Below are positions 39,425 to 51,715 of a DNA stretch of 64,000 bases, one piece after another; the first letter of the stretch is position 1, and each line of letters opens with the position of its first letter. The notes below the pieces were generated by a model. That model saw only the letters and a list, made by a program, of their open reading frames with translations, ran no database searches and had not been told where the DNA came from. The position numbers and the translations under genes were made by a program. This stretch comes from Vicugna vicugna (taxonomy: Eukaryota). The stretch spans positions 4,313,741 through 4,377,740 of the forward strand of contig MU058636.1 in assembly GCA_013265495.1 (NCBI GenBank). The letters are read 5' to 3'.

Positions 39425-42400
39425 ATTATATTTTACATTTGTCCATATATTATTTTAAGTTCAACAAAGACCATGGATAGTGCTTATTGATTGTTGCCCA
39501 TGTTTCTCCTGGTCGAGAATGTAACTAGGAGACAAACACAGTACCTCAGTTAACAGGACACCTCTTGTCTTTTTCTTTCTCTTCCTCCTTTTTCCAAAGC
39601 ATGAAGCAGTATCTTGGTTTCTTCCCTGTTGACTTCATTCTGAGTTCCTTTAATGAGATGGAATGTAAGCAGACGGCTGAGAACACCAGCTCACCTTCTA
39701 CTGCATGTTAGATAGGATGCCCTTTTATCCAGTAGCATCCAGCAAAGAAAGAATCCCAGAGTTTATGCATCACGGCTGTTCCAGTGATTTATCGGTCATT
39801 ACCTAATATGAACTAAAACCGTCGTGTGAGTGCCTTTATTTTCATCAAGCGAGGTATTTCTTACATCAGTGAACTCTCCACTAAATAGTGGACCTCCCCG
39901 TTGACTAGGCTGCCCCTTTTCCTTACAGTTTCTAACTTTTCTCCATTTCGTGTCCTCACTGTGATTAGTTGCTTCCCAGCGTATCTATTTTGTTAAATGT
40001 CTGTTGCCAGCCCTTGATCATCATACGACTTATTTCCTAATACGTTTCCCAACATCAGAATCATAAATAAGGAGTAGACCCTGAGCCTAGGGTGTTTCAG
40101 TTTTAGCACAAATGTGTGTCTCCCAGTTTCCCGTTCTTGAAAGGCATCAGGCTTGGGCGGGAGCCAAGCATCTGGGAACCGTGTTTGTGAACGTCAGCGC
40201 TCTCACTGCTGAGCTTTGACATGAGGAGAAGCACGAGGTCAGATGCACCAGGGAAACTGACAGCATATTTGACAGACAAACGGAGGCTGTATGTTGGTCA
40301 GCAGCATGCCACCGAATGGCATACAGTTGATTTCTAATAGCTTAGTGATTTACGATCTTATTCTCTGTACTGCTATATAAATAGAAAACCATCAGAACTA
40401 TGTTTGATTTTAGCAAATAATAGCCTTTTATCTGGACTGAGTGGTCTTTTGTATTCAGTCAGACTTGTTTTCTAAACCCAGTATTTCTATGTAATTATGA
40501 AAATACCACCTCTGTTCACGAGCCATTTTCTATGACAACATAAACATCAATTAAACATCACTCTAGAATTCAAGATGGCATAGACTGTGCCATCTCTGAG
40601 CAGGAGAGGGTGAGGGCAAATTACCTGATCCACATCCTACTCTGCATTTTGTGTATGTCTAGTATCTTGTCTTGAAAAGAAAAAGATAACCTGAAAAATC
40701 AATAAGGAGCCTTAAGACAAGAGCAGAAAGAGAGGCTATGTGGTTTATATGCAATAGACAAAGCCAAGCTTTTTTTTTAAATATCACTTTATTTCTAATT
40801 AAAATTAAACTAGTTACAGCCCATCGCAGTTGCTTCTTGATGAGCAGATGCTTTAAGTGAAATTATGCATATCTGAGCTTTTGTGTAAGTAGCAGTATCA
40901 CCTTCCCCACTCTCATCTTGCACCCCAATTCTGCAGCTTCATTGACCTGGTCTGTGTAGCATCACAGAGCCTCAAAAGCAATGTTGGTCAGCTCAGGATG
41001 ACTCTGTTGCCAGATCAAGTCAGTATTTGGTAATTTGCTACGTATCTACTCACACCACATTTTCAAGATTTTCTCTCACACAAGGCAGTTCTTCACTCAG
41101 CTTTACCATCCTCAAGTTCATGAGCAACGCAGAGATCCAGAGAGTGCACACGCTAGAGACGAGAAATGTTAAAGATTTCATATCAGTCATATCCACCTTA
41201 CCATCTGATTCAATTCTCCAAGGGAGTTGGAAGGAAACTTAGCTTCCAAAATTAACAAGGAATACAGGTAGGACTTAATTTCTTTCTAGCTTTTGCAGTG
41301 TAACATAAATGAGCATGTGGCTCTATTTAATAAGTAGCCTTAGGCAACTTTATTCAAGAAACAAAACATTGAAGGTAAGTGTTTATGTTTTCTTATTTCC
41401 TTATCCTGGTGAATGAGTGGCTACAAAGATTTCTGTTTACAGGTATCTGTTTGTATATTTATCTGTTCATGTATCTGTTCATATGTCACTTGCCTAACAT
41501 CTTGTTTATGAAAGACAGAAGATGCCTATTTAATAACGATGATGTTTATTTCTGAACCAGGAAAATGAAATGAAATTAGACAGTTCTCCTTTTAAATGGC
41601 TTTTCAGTGGGAGATCCCAAAGTCCTTGAGAAATACTTCCCAAAGCCCTGCAAGCTAATTGAGACCTATTACTCAATGTATTTCATTACCCCAGTCTTTA
41701 GGATACTTCTCCACGTGACATGTTCGGAAGAAATAAATTACAAATGAAGAAATAGAGAACAAAAAGGCCAAGTGATGCAATTGCAGATCTGGGGGTGGGG
41801 ATCTTCTGCTGTCTGAACAGCCTGGTCCCAGCCCACGGTGACACCTCCTACCACTAGGACCTGGGCAAACGCATAGCAATTTTGAGTTATAAACTCAAAG
41901 CTACTTTATATACCAGAAGAAATTATTTCTGGACTATCTGGGAGCTAATAAAACTTTCACTTGTTTAGTGATTCTCTGAATTCATGGTGTGAGGGTGTTT
42001 GATTTAGTATAAGTTTTGTAATGGAAGCCGTATACTTCCTGCTGAAGACAACACACATTTAAGGCGAGGAAATATGGTGTCAAAAGTGAGGGGGTGGTGC
42101 TGCAGTTCGAGCTCAGCCATCAACTAGCTACAAGTCCTCAGACAAATATCTTTAAATCACTTCCATTCTCCGTAACTGACTTTCCTTAAGATTTTATCAC
42201 ATAAACTGATGTCTTGTCCCATTTCTGGGAAGATTATTACGTGGATTTGAAAACTTGGTGTGGGTTAAAAATCCTGAAGTTTAAATGAAGTTAAAGGATC
42301 ATTCATTTCTCAACTTCCCTTTTCTCAGGAAGAATCAATGCACAGGTCGCCAATGTTCAGAAATCCACTCCATCCAGTGGATTTCCTTCCAGGAGTCTTC

Positions 42401-43049
42401 TATTCTAGAAAGAAAACTAAAGTCTCAGGCATTGAAGCTTTTCAAAGACACAGGAGCTGACAACAATATAGCAGTAAGTACAGCTTAAAACTTAGGTGGC
42501 GCATTGCTACAAAATCTAGGAATAAGAGATCAGGGTAATTAACAAGCAAACGTCTTAGCTACGAATCATAGACTGGTCTCTTCGCGTGAGTGCATTAATA
42601 GGTCTGCTGTCACCTAAATTACCCTCTAACACAGATGCAGATACACAGGGATGTCCAGCTCTTATGACTGGATGTATTCCTGGGAAAAGTGTTGTTAGGC
42701 TAAAGAGACAATGACGTGTGCTTTCTGCATGGAGCCGTCATAGAACACGTGGTCCTTGACCCAGAATTCTCCATCTCGAATTTTGCACCATCAGCCATGA
42801 ACCCTCCTCTTGGCACCAACCTCTCCCTCTCTGTTGGCTCTTTCTCCTCAAAACACAATGTTCAGAATTCCCACAGCTGAAAGACAATATTCCCATCCTA
42901 TACCCTCCTTGAGCCTCTGTCTTTTTCTCACCTTCACTTTACAGCTAAACATTTTGAAAGGAGGGGAAGCTCTTGGTCGTCAGCATCTCACCTCCTGTGA
43001 CTGCTCAACAACTGACCATCTTCACCAGTCCACTGAGCTGTCCTTGTGG

Positions 43050-43130
43050 AGATCCAGTCACTATGTTGTACACATGAAACGAATATAATATTATTATGTC
43101 AATTATATGTCAATGAAAATAAATATATAC
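43050..43130 (+). mobile_element. Very short L1 3' terminus inside L2-like sequence
   Basis: tcactatgttgtacacatgaaacgaatataatatt...tcaattatatgtcaatgaaaataaa. Confidence 0.7.
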
Positions 43131-44309
43131 ATACATACTTTAAATTTACAAAAATCACCAGGATAACAACCCAATGGGCAGTTTCTTTTTTTCAGCTATC
43201 TCACTTCTTTGAGGCATTTGTCACTGGTAGCCACCTCCTTCTTCTTCAAACCCCTCCCTCGGAATGGACCCCCTCTTTCGTGTTCTGCACTACTTCACCG
43301 GCTCTTCCCTCCCACATCATCATGAACTTCTTCTTCCTCTTGTCCCTTAAACTTAGATAGAAAGTTCCCAGGGCTTTACTCTTGACTCCCTGTTCTTTGC
43401 CCTCCATATGACCTTCCTTGGCTTCAACTTCTCTATGGCTGTCATAGCCAAGTTAATTAGTTTTTACAAACTCTGTTTAAAAGTAAGTACAAATAGAAGG
43501 AGCTTATTTGGATGGTTCTCACAAAATCTTGACACTTATTTGTTCAATCTTCTCCACCAATTATAGAACAATGTTTGTTGAAATTTCTAACCTCCCTGAT
43601 GAGAATCAGCTCTTCTCTCAAGCTCATCCAAAGGCAGTGCATTTTTATATTTTAATAAATAGGTTCAAAAACCCACCAAAACTATTTGTTGGGGAGATTT
43701 TTTTAAAACAGGATAGAAAATTTCATAAGCTTAAAATACAGCAGCAGTCCAGGCTGGAGAGGGAAGGTGAAGACTCCGGTGGCTCTCTGTGAACTTCCTC
43801 TCGATTCCCTTATTTTTAATCCAAAACCTCAGCTTGTATAACCTTCTTACTAGTTCATTATTTTTGTCGGACCAAATTAGAACATGCAGACATGACCACT
43901 GGCAGTGTGAGATCTAGAAGGGCATCTCAAGGGAAAGCTTCATCCCCATCAGTGAAGAGTCACGGGACAGGGAGGAGTGGAAACAGATCACGTGACAGTT
44001 GTTCTGGAGACCGTGGAGCGAGCAACAGCCTCCGTCTTCGGAGCTGAACCACTCTGTTGCTTTAGGAACGACGAATCTTTTTGTCTTCATCTTCCACTCT
44101 TCTCAACTAGGTTCTTTCTTAAATGCTTGGTTCCTCATTTGCTTTGAATTTTTCATTGCTACCTTTTTTTATATACCAGAAGGAAAACCTTCCACAACAC
44201 ACTCAAAAAGAAATTGTTAACCTGATGGCTATTATTAAATAATAACCACTATAAAACTATTTAAACAATATTTAAACTACTTAAACAAATTGAGTAGGTA
44301 GTTTAGAAT

Positions 44310-44935
44310 CTACCTACAAATGGTGCTGGAACAATTAGGCATCCATATTCAATAAAACAAAACTGGACTCAGAGTGTACATGTGTCATAAAAATTAACTC
44401 AAAATGGATCATAGACCTAACTGTAAAATAAACAAAAATTAAAACTTCTAGAAAATAACATAGGAGAAAAATTAGATGACCTTGAATATAACAATGACTT
44501 TTTAAATATAACACCAAATTCCAACTGTATGACATTCTGGAAAAGGTAAAACTATGGAAACAACAAAAATATCAGGGGTTGTGGGCATGGGGACAGGAGA
44601 GGGTTGAAGAGGCTCAGTACAGAGGACTTTTCGGGCAGTGAAAATACTCTGCGATACTATAATCATGCATATACCTGTCATTATATATGTCCAAATCCAT
44701 AGAATATACAACACCAAGAGGGAACCATAATGTAACTTCTGGACTTTGGATGATTACGACATGTCAATGCAGGGTCATCAACTATTATAAATGTACCACT
44801 CTGGTGGGGAATGTTAGTAATGGGGGAGACTAGCATGTGGGGGATCAGGGAGTATATGAGAAATCTCTGTACCTTCAATCGTTCTAAAAAATTGCTTAAA
44901 TTGCTCTAAAAAATAAAGTCTTAATTAAAAAATAT
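44310..44935 (+). mobile_element. L1MC-like LINE, ORF2 piece joined to 3' UTR
   Basis: aaatggtgctggaacaatt...aattaactcaaaatggatcatagacct...tgacattctggaaaagg...gaaatctctgtacctt...A-rich tail. Confidence 0.85.
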
Positions 44936-44949
44936 TTAACTAAAAATTG

Positions 44950-45340
44950 AGTTAATAGACTTTGTAACACACATAAATGACCAAAAAAAATTATTATTCA
45001 GAAATATCAAGAACATCCAACAAACTAATAGGAATAAGACAAGCCAAATTTTTTTTAGTGGACCAAGGATTTAAACCAACAATTCACAGAAGAAAACTAA
45101 ATGGCCCATAAATACAAACAGAAAACAAACAAAAATGTTTACTCACATTATTAATCAGATAAATACAAATTAACACAAAAATGAAATACTGGCTTACACC
45201 ATTAGATTAATAAAAGTAAGTTTGGATACACTGACTTTTCAAGAATGTAGTGGAAGAGAAAATCTTTTGCGTCTGGGTGGGAGTGTAAATTATCACAACA
45301 GTTGTGAACAGTCTGGCACTATTAAAGTTGAATGGGTGCA
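44950..45340 (+). mobile_element. Old L1 (L1ME-like) ORF2 fragment
   Basis: caattcacagaagaaaactaaatggccc...tacaaattaacacaaaaatgaaatac...tgggagtgtaaatt. Confidence 0.6.
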
Positions 45341-45409
45341 AAATAGGCCTACCCTATTGGCTTCATCTTATACGCCCCCCCGTATTCTCCCGAACCATCT
45401 ACTCCAACT

Positions 45410-45917
45410 CAGTTGCTGCTATTACAGTCACTTTCACATAGACCTGAAACAGCACGTAACACATTGAGCAGCTAAAACTGGTTTTGCCTCCTTAAATAGG
45501 TTGTTGATTAATCAAGCCTGGAGTTATTTTATAGGGACAGCACTGCACATGTGATAGGAACCCATGTCTCCAGGATGTCCCTGGAACCGAGAATCTTCAG
45601 TCTACAGAACTTGAATAGAAATGTTGCCACCAGGGCCCTTTACAAAGTGAGAAGTCCTTCAGTAAGGAAAACCTGGCTTCCAGCATCGGAAGTAGCTCGT
45701 GTGGACTGATTCATGACTAGCCAGTCAGCTTCCAAGTTTGAAATTCCCCTAACCCCTTAAATATCGCCCTGGACCCTGGGTCGGGAAGACAGATTTGAGC
45801 CTCATGTCCTGTCTCCTTGTCAGCTGACCTCGCAATAAAGCTGTTTCTTTTCTCGAAAGCTAGTGCCATAGTATTGGCTTCTATGTGTGTTAAGCAGTGA
45901 ATCCTTGCTTGGTTGCA
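45410..45917 (+). mobile_element. ERV1-like solo LTR (5' boundary uncertain)
   Basis: TATA-like TTAAATA 45757-45763, gacagatttgagcc...cctgtctcctt, AATAAA 45834-45839, U5-like tail ending ...ggttgca. Confidence 0.75.
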
Positions 45918-46901
45918 GGCCTGTGCAGCTCTGCTCCCTGACGCTGACCAGCCAGCCAGCCATTGGAAGTCTCTGGCTCTCCTCCTCAGGAAGAAGCATG
46001 AGGCCACAGGAGGGTGAGAAGCTGGGGAGGGGGGTGGAATCCAGCCTCTCCAACAGCTACTGAAGAGGCCAGGTGATATAATCTGAAGGTGCAGGGTACT
46101 CCCCTTTGAATGAACTTTATCTGTAGGAGAGAGAAAAGGGGGGCCAGCAGATTAATTGACTGAAAACAAAAGTTATAAAAGATGGTGTACACTATATCAT
46201 TTACACAAAAGTTTAAACGTATACCCATATATATCTAATACAGGGCAATGATATTCTTCAGTTTTAAAAAAGGATTTATTTCTGGGAAAGAGAAAAAATT
46301 TAATCTGTCTTAAACAACTGTTCTTTAAAAAAAGACCTAAAGCAAATATAATTAACATGATTATCTATTTAATTTTGTCACTGTATACACTGTTAACAGT
46401 TATCTTAGTTTGTAAACTTCTCTGTGATTCCACTGTCTTTCAGAATTAAAATTTAAATGGGTCAAGCCCTCATCCTGCATATCATAGTGTTAGAATGTCC
46501 AGAAGTCCCTTCAAAGTTTATTTGACTTTTCAGGGGATTTTCAACTATTGCCTAAGTCAGTTCCTGTTCTATAAGCCCTTAACCTTTTCCCCTGACCCCC
46601 GGCTCTGGGCCTCCTCTAGTCTTGACTGTCTGGACCATATGCCTCAGTCCTCCCTCAGTATGGTGCTACCACCAACACCCTTGCACAGCAGAAGGATGCT
46701 GCAGGGAGGGCTGTGTTATCCCCAGACTCCACATACCATTATTAGCACAAAGGTACTGTTTACAGACTTATGCTTGAGGGTAAATGAAGATGGATTACAG
46801 TTCAGTAAAAATATTATATAAAATATGTTCTAAAAGCTCATTCAGCCATTTCCATCACTACATTTAGACCGACGTTGTCTCCATCTCCTGGGGCTTTTCT
46901 G

Positions 46902-46902
<1 letters not shown>

Positions 46903-46946
<44 letters not shown>
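46903..46946. repeat. (CA)22 microsatellite
   Basis: Perfect 44-bp CA run. Confidence 0.97.
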
Positions 46947-46952
<6 letters not shown>

Positions 46953-48713
46953 CTCTCTACCCTGACTGCCAGACTTCCATCCCTCAGATCCCGTTAATCC
47001 CTTCTGCAGAATAGTTGTGTTTTTCACCCCACCCCAAACTGAGTTTCAAGGCTACCTATGCTTATCCAAAATAGGAATCCATACTGTTAAACAAAAGGCC
47101 TTCTATTTAGGGTCTCCACCCTTTAGCTGCACAAAACAGAAGGAAAAGCTTTGAAATTATAGGCTTTCTTTCAGCATAAAACATTTTTATGAAAGATAGC
47201 TTCCCCCTACAAGTCTTTCTGAGAACAGCATGAAAATTCACCTTACATCTGTCCAGAATAAATCTGCAAGAGTGGTAACTCCCCCCAGTTCCCCCACCCA
47301 TATTTTACCCAACTCAGCCCTTCTATAGATACAGAAATCCTAAAGCCCTGAAATCCGGGTCAGTTCAGCACAGGGGAGAATAATTCTATACGCCTGAACT
47401 GATCCTGAAGAAATGTCTGTATTATGATCCAGTATTAAGATGACTGTCCATAAGGATGATGCCTTACATGTGTACAACCTTCCACAGTTTACAGGAACTT
47501 TTATATTTAAAAAAACAGTCTATAAAGGAATACACAAGGAGATAACAAATGATTTTTAGCGGAACCGAAACCAAAATCCAGTTCTCTCAACTCTGAATAC
47601 AGTCCTTTCCACTCTACCAACCTGTGGCTAACCTTCTGTCACCAGGAAAAGATTAGATTAGTATGAAGGTACTATAGAAAGGATAAAGTGAAAAGAAATA
47701 TAAAAGATTTCAGGAAGAATTCATTTCAGAGTTTAAGTTTGGGTGGATAAATAGTTGTCTAGAACAGTGCCTAATACGTCCTATGTGCTCAATAATTTGT
47801 CAAATGAATGAAATGTGGATGTCCTTGGCAGCCTGAAGTCACCATCTAGTTGCCAAGAATAACACCGGGGTTTTAGGTGGCTGAAGTGGTGTTCTCCAGA
47901 ACAGGGGGCGATGTGTTTACATCTATGTAAATCTATCTCCAGAATTTCCCCATCCCTATTACTCTCTTCCTTGCCTACCACTTGTACCCAAAGCCACGTT
48001 AGAAAGTGTTGATTGTCAATAACATACCCAGGGATATGAAGACCCTCCCTAGAGGGAGATGCTGAGGTTCATATAAAATTTTTTCACAACTTTATTACCT
48101 ACTGAATAGAGTATCTTTTGTGTAATCTTTGGTAAAACCAGACTTTCTTAAAGGAGTGAGTGTATGTGACATCATCTTCCTGGGGTTGAGGATGAATGAG
48201 GCTGTGCAGAACACAAAGATTATAGGAGGTGAAGTAAAGTCCTTGACTTTAATTCACAAGGGTGACGGCGGGGTGGATTTGCTCAGAGAATAGGACGCAT
48301 CAGAGAACAGAGCTCGGTTCCAGGCTCAGGAGAGACTGTCCAGTGGCTGAACAAGACAACAGAGTTTTATTTGGCAGAATTTGCTTGAGAGAGCAAGAAA
48401 AGAGAAAAGGGATTCAAAGAGAGAGTGAAGATCAAGTTTTAAACCCCTGCTACAAATACTGCAATCAGATTGAAGCATACCAGAGAATTTAGAGCACTAA
48501 CCAAAACATAAGCGATATCTATCTAGCAAAAATGCCGGAATGTAATCAAGTCACCTGCAAAGCACATTCAGGAGAGATGAGGGGTCTCTGTTTGCCTTAA
48601 ACCACAGCAATTCCTGAATGGTTTCCTGGTTTATATCCATGAGAAGCTTATAGAACATTGCCAAATATTGAATATCTATGATTGTATTGAGTTAAAAACT
48701 CACTAAAGAAGTA

Positions 48714-48860
48714 GGGGAGGGTATAGCTCAAGTGGTAGAGCATATGCATAGCATACATGGAGGTCACGGGTCCAATCCCCAGTATCTCCTCTAAGAATAA
48801 ATAAATATTAAATAAACCTAATTATCTCCCCCATCAAATAAATAAACTTTATTAAAAAAA
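48714..48860 (+). mobile_element. tRNA-derived SINE, camelid Vic-1-like
   Basis: A box tagctcaagtgg, B-box-like ggtccaatccc, tail aaacctaattatctccccc plus A-rich end; TSD aaaaact(c/t)actaaag at 48694-48708 and 48856-48870. Confidence 0.88.
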
Positions 48861-49124
48861 CTTACTAAAGTATTCAAACGTCTTGTGATAAGTGAACATG
48901 AGTCAAAAGAAACAAAATTCCATTAACTCAATGCAATTTTTAATCAGCAGATATTGAAGATTCAATTCAAGAGTTAACGGTTTTAGAGTAGCCTCTAGGC
49001 AAGGAGATAACGTCTTTCCTTGGGGTAGATTAGGGAAGTAAAATATTGCTTTCGTGGACTTCCACAGTGGCTGACTGGCTTCCACAGTTTGCCAGATCTA
49101 CTCTGAAGTTTTAATTATTATATA

Positions 49125-49250
49125 TTTTTTTATTGATGTATAGTCAGTTTACAATGTTACATCCATTTCTGATATACAGCACAATGTTTCAGTCTTCCGG
49201 ATACATATATATATTCCTGTTCATATTCTTTTTCATTATGGATACTGTGC
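49125..49250 (-). mobile_element. Short L1 3' terminus, same family as 12498
   Basis: ttttttattgatgtatagtcagtttacaatgtt...tacagcacaatgtttcagtc...tcatattctttttcatta. Confidence 0.85.
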
Positions 49251-49854
49251 AGTTTATTAAACCCTAACTCACTACTGGGGCCCAACAGGCTCACTCCAGA
49301 GCCACTGTGGTGTTGGGAAAGCCACAAACTGGTGGTCTGTTTTCTTTTCTTTGTAACAATGTAATTAGTATTGCACAAACTAAACTATGGCAACACTGAA
49401 GGAAACTTAAAGTAAAAAAAAGGTAGTTATCCATAATCCCACCATTTTAATATAATAATGATTTTCATTTATTTATATATTTTCTGGCCCTTATGATGTT
49501 AATGTATGTGTTTTCATCAATGTCAATCCAGGGTACGTATAACTGTGTGGTGCTGATTTTCTTTTGCAAGATTGTAAAATTTTTTCATGTTACCCAGTTT
49601 TCATAATTGTTGTTTTTCTATATTGAGATGCAAGATTTTCCACTGAAGTGTTAGTCCTAATTGACTTAACCACTTCCCTGCTGTGAAACACTCTGGTTCT
49701 TTCCAACTTTGTTCATTCATTCAGAAAGCAAGAAGAGCCTTTTATGTGCCAAACACTGGACTAAACATTAGAGACATTAGACCTTTTTAATAATTAAACA
49801 TTAGAGACATAAATAGTCCTGCGCTTGACAAGTTCAGGGGGAAAGAGACGTGCT

Positions 49855-50060
49855 CGCTGAAGGGAGACCTGGAAGCAAACTGCCTGGATTGAAATCCTGG
49901 CTCCCTAATTCTGAGCTCTTTGAGTTCTGCCAAGTCCCTTGAACCTTAATGTGACTCAGTTTCCTCACCTCATCAGGTTTGGAGATTTGAAAATTAAAAG
50001 AATTAATAAACCTCAACACTTAGGATCTGGAATACAGAACATGCTCAATAAAGTTTATTA
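49855..50060 (+). mobile_element. MIR SINE
   Basis: ctgcctggattgaaatcctggctcc...ctcagtttcctca...atgctcaataaa. Confidence 0.7.
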
Positions 50061-50319
50061 TTTCATTCACAGATGAAGGGTGCCTAGGGTTCATTCCTAG
50101 GCACAGGTTTTTGGTTTGGTTTGGTTTAAGTGGTGTGGCCACTACATAATGACTATATAAGAAGAATGACTGTATAGGAAGAATGAATATTTGGTTTTCT
50201 TTCTGACACTGACACAAATATGCTATTTTTTAAAATTTGCACCTTTTGAAGTTCAAAAATTGCAACTTTTCCACCTATCAATGGGAGTGGTGACTATCCA
50301 CCATGAGAGTTCTGTAGGA

Positions 50320-50660
50320 ATATGACAGAGGCACAAAACTGTGCAGTCAGCAGCCTTCAGGGATGGCCTCATCTCCAGAGCCGCCTCACCCAAGGTCATG
50401 CTCTCCCGAGGCTGGCTGGCATCTGACAACCGACTGAGATGGGGACCCCCAGTGCAGTTCAAGGCATGACAGCTCTGATGGCTCATCTCTGACCCAGAGC
50501 TCCCCGTGGCATAGGTCCTGCATCCTGGCTCATTTCTCCCTCTGCTTCATCTGCTTCCTCCCTCTTCTTTCCACCTCCCTCGGGGTACACCCTAAGAAAC
50601 CCCCTGAACACGAAACTCTGCCTCAGAGTCTGCTTTCTGGATACATGAACCTGTGAAATA
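50320..50660 (+). mobile_element. LTR16-like ERVL LTR
   Basis: ccaaggtcatgctctccc...ccagagctccccgtgg...ctctgcctcagagtctgctttctgg. Confidence 0.7.
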
Positions 50661-50719
50661 CCATGAAAGAAACATGAGGTTGCCAAACCCTTGGGTAGAA
50701 AAGGAACATAAAAACCTCA

Positions 50720-50930
50720 CACTGGGCATTGAAAGACCTAGTTCAAGTCCCACATCAGCCACAGAGAGGCAGTGTGATCTTGAACAAGCCTCTCACTGTC
50801 TTGACCCTCAAATGTTTGTGAGACAAGAATAATTCCTCCCTGTCTATCTTACAGGGTTATGGTCATGAGGACATAATGGTAAGATAATATGTGTCTTGAG
50901 AAAACACTCTACAGACTATAAGACATTAGA
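50720..50930 (+). mobile_element. MIR SINE
   Basis: aagacctagttcaagtccc...gtgtgatcttgaacaagcc...acagggttatggtcatgagg. Confidence 0.6.
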
Positions 50931-51665
50931 TAATTTATTATTATTCAGTAGATTCTGAAGTTGTTCTTTTCTTTGACTGTTGCTAAGTTTATCCTTCTCA
51001 GCATTAAACCATTCAGATTGCTCTAGAAAAATATTTCCCTGGGCTATGCTCATTGCTGGCTGGAACCCTTTAAGGCTCATAAAAAGATGTCAGAAATTCT
51101 GTGTGAATGTCAGAGTTCTCAGCAGACTTACCACAAACATTTCCAAGTAAAATAATCTGTGATTACACATCTAGATCCTAGGCTACGTGAAAACCTGCAG
51201 TATTGGGTATAAATGAACTAAGATGTAAGAGAGTTAGCGGTAGACACTTAAGAATGGATACAAAGGAGACACTTGGGCCCCAAGTCCCATTACTGCAGAG
51301 GAAGTTCCAGTACAGTGATTTTTATGGGGAGGGGGGGATATTGCTGTTTCAGCCCATCTTGGCTAGAGAACTGTGCACGTACCCCTTGGTTCATTTTTCT
51401 TTGTGTTTGTTAAATTTCTTCATAATAGTCAGGAGTCTCATCAGAGAGATGGTAACTCAATTGGAAATCAGAAGAATGATGGACATTTCAATTTGCAATG
51501 GGAAGAGAGACTGATAATGCAGAGACTGGACTTAACGGGAACGGCAGCTCTTCAGTGAAAAGTGTCAGTGGGAGAAGGTACACCAGCTACCTCTGCTCAC
51601 TGTGCCCTGTGCCACGTCGGTCTGACAAAGGTGTCCAGTGAGCTGCTTCCACTGCAAACATTTCA

Positions 51666-51715
51666 TCTATCTGTCTGTCTGTCTGTCTGTCTATCTACCT
51701 ACCTACCTACCTATC
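51666..51715. repeat. (TCTG)n(CTAC)n tetranucleotide repeat
   Basis: tctatctgtctgtctgtctgtctgtctatctacctacctacctacctatc. Confidence 0.9.

Noticed and set aside
39785..39792. Second PBX-HOX-like word TGATTTAT
   Set aside because: This AT-rich 8-mer occurs several times in the window, consistent with chance
38442..42000. Retrocopy insertion like the ~1.8-kb one linked to polledness at the sheep RXFP2 3' end
   Set aside because: No EEF1A1-like or other retrocopy ORF, poly-A tail or TSD is visible here
48714..48790. tRNA gene-like sequence, also at 56308-56385
   Set aside because: Poor cloverleaf pairing, SINE tail and TSDs show these are retroposed SINEs
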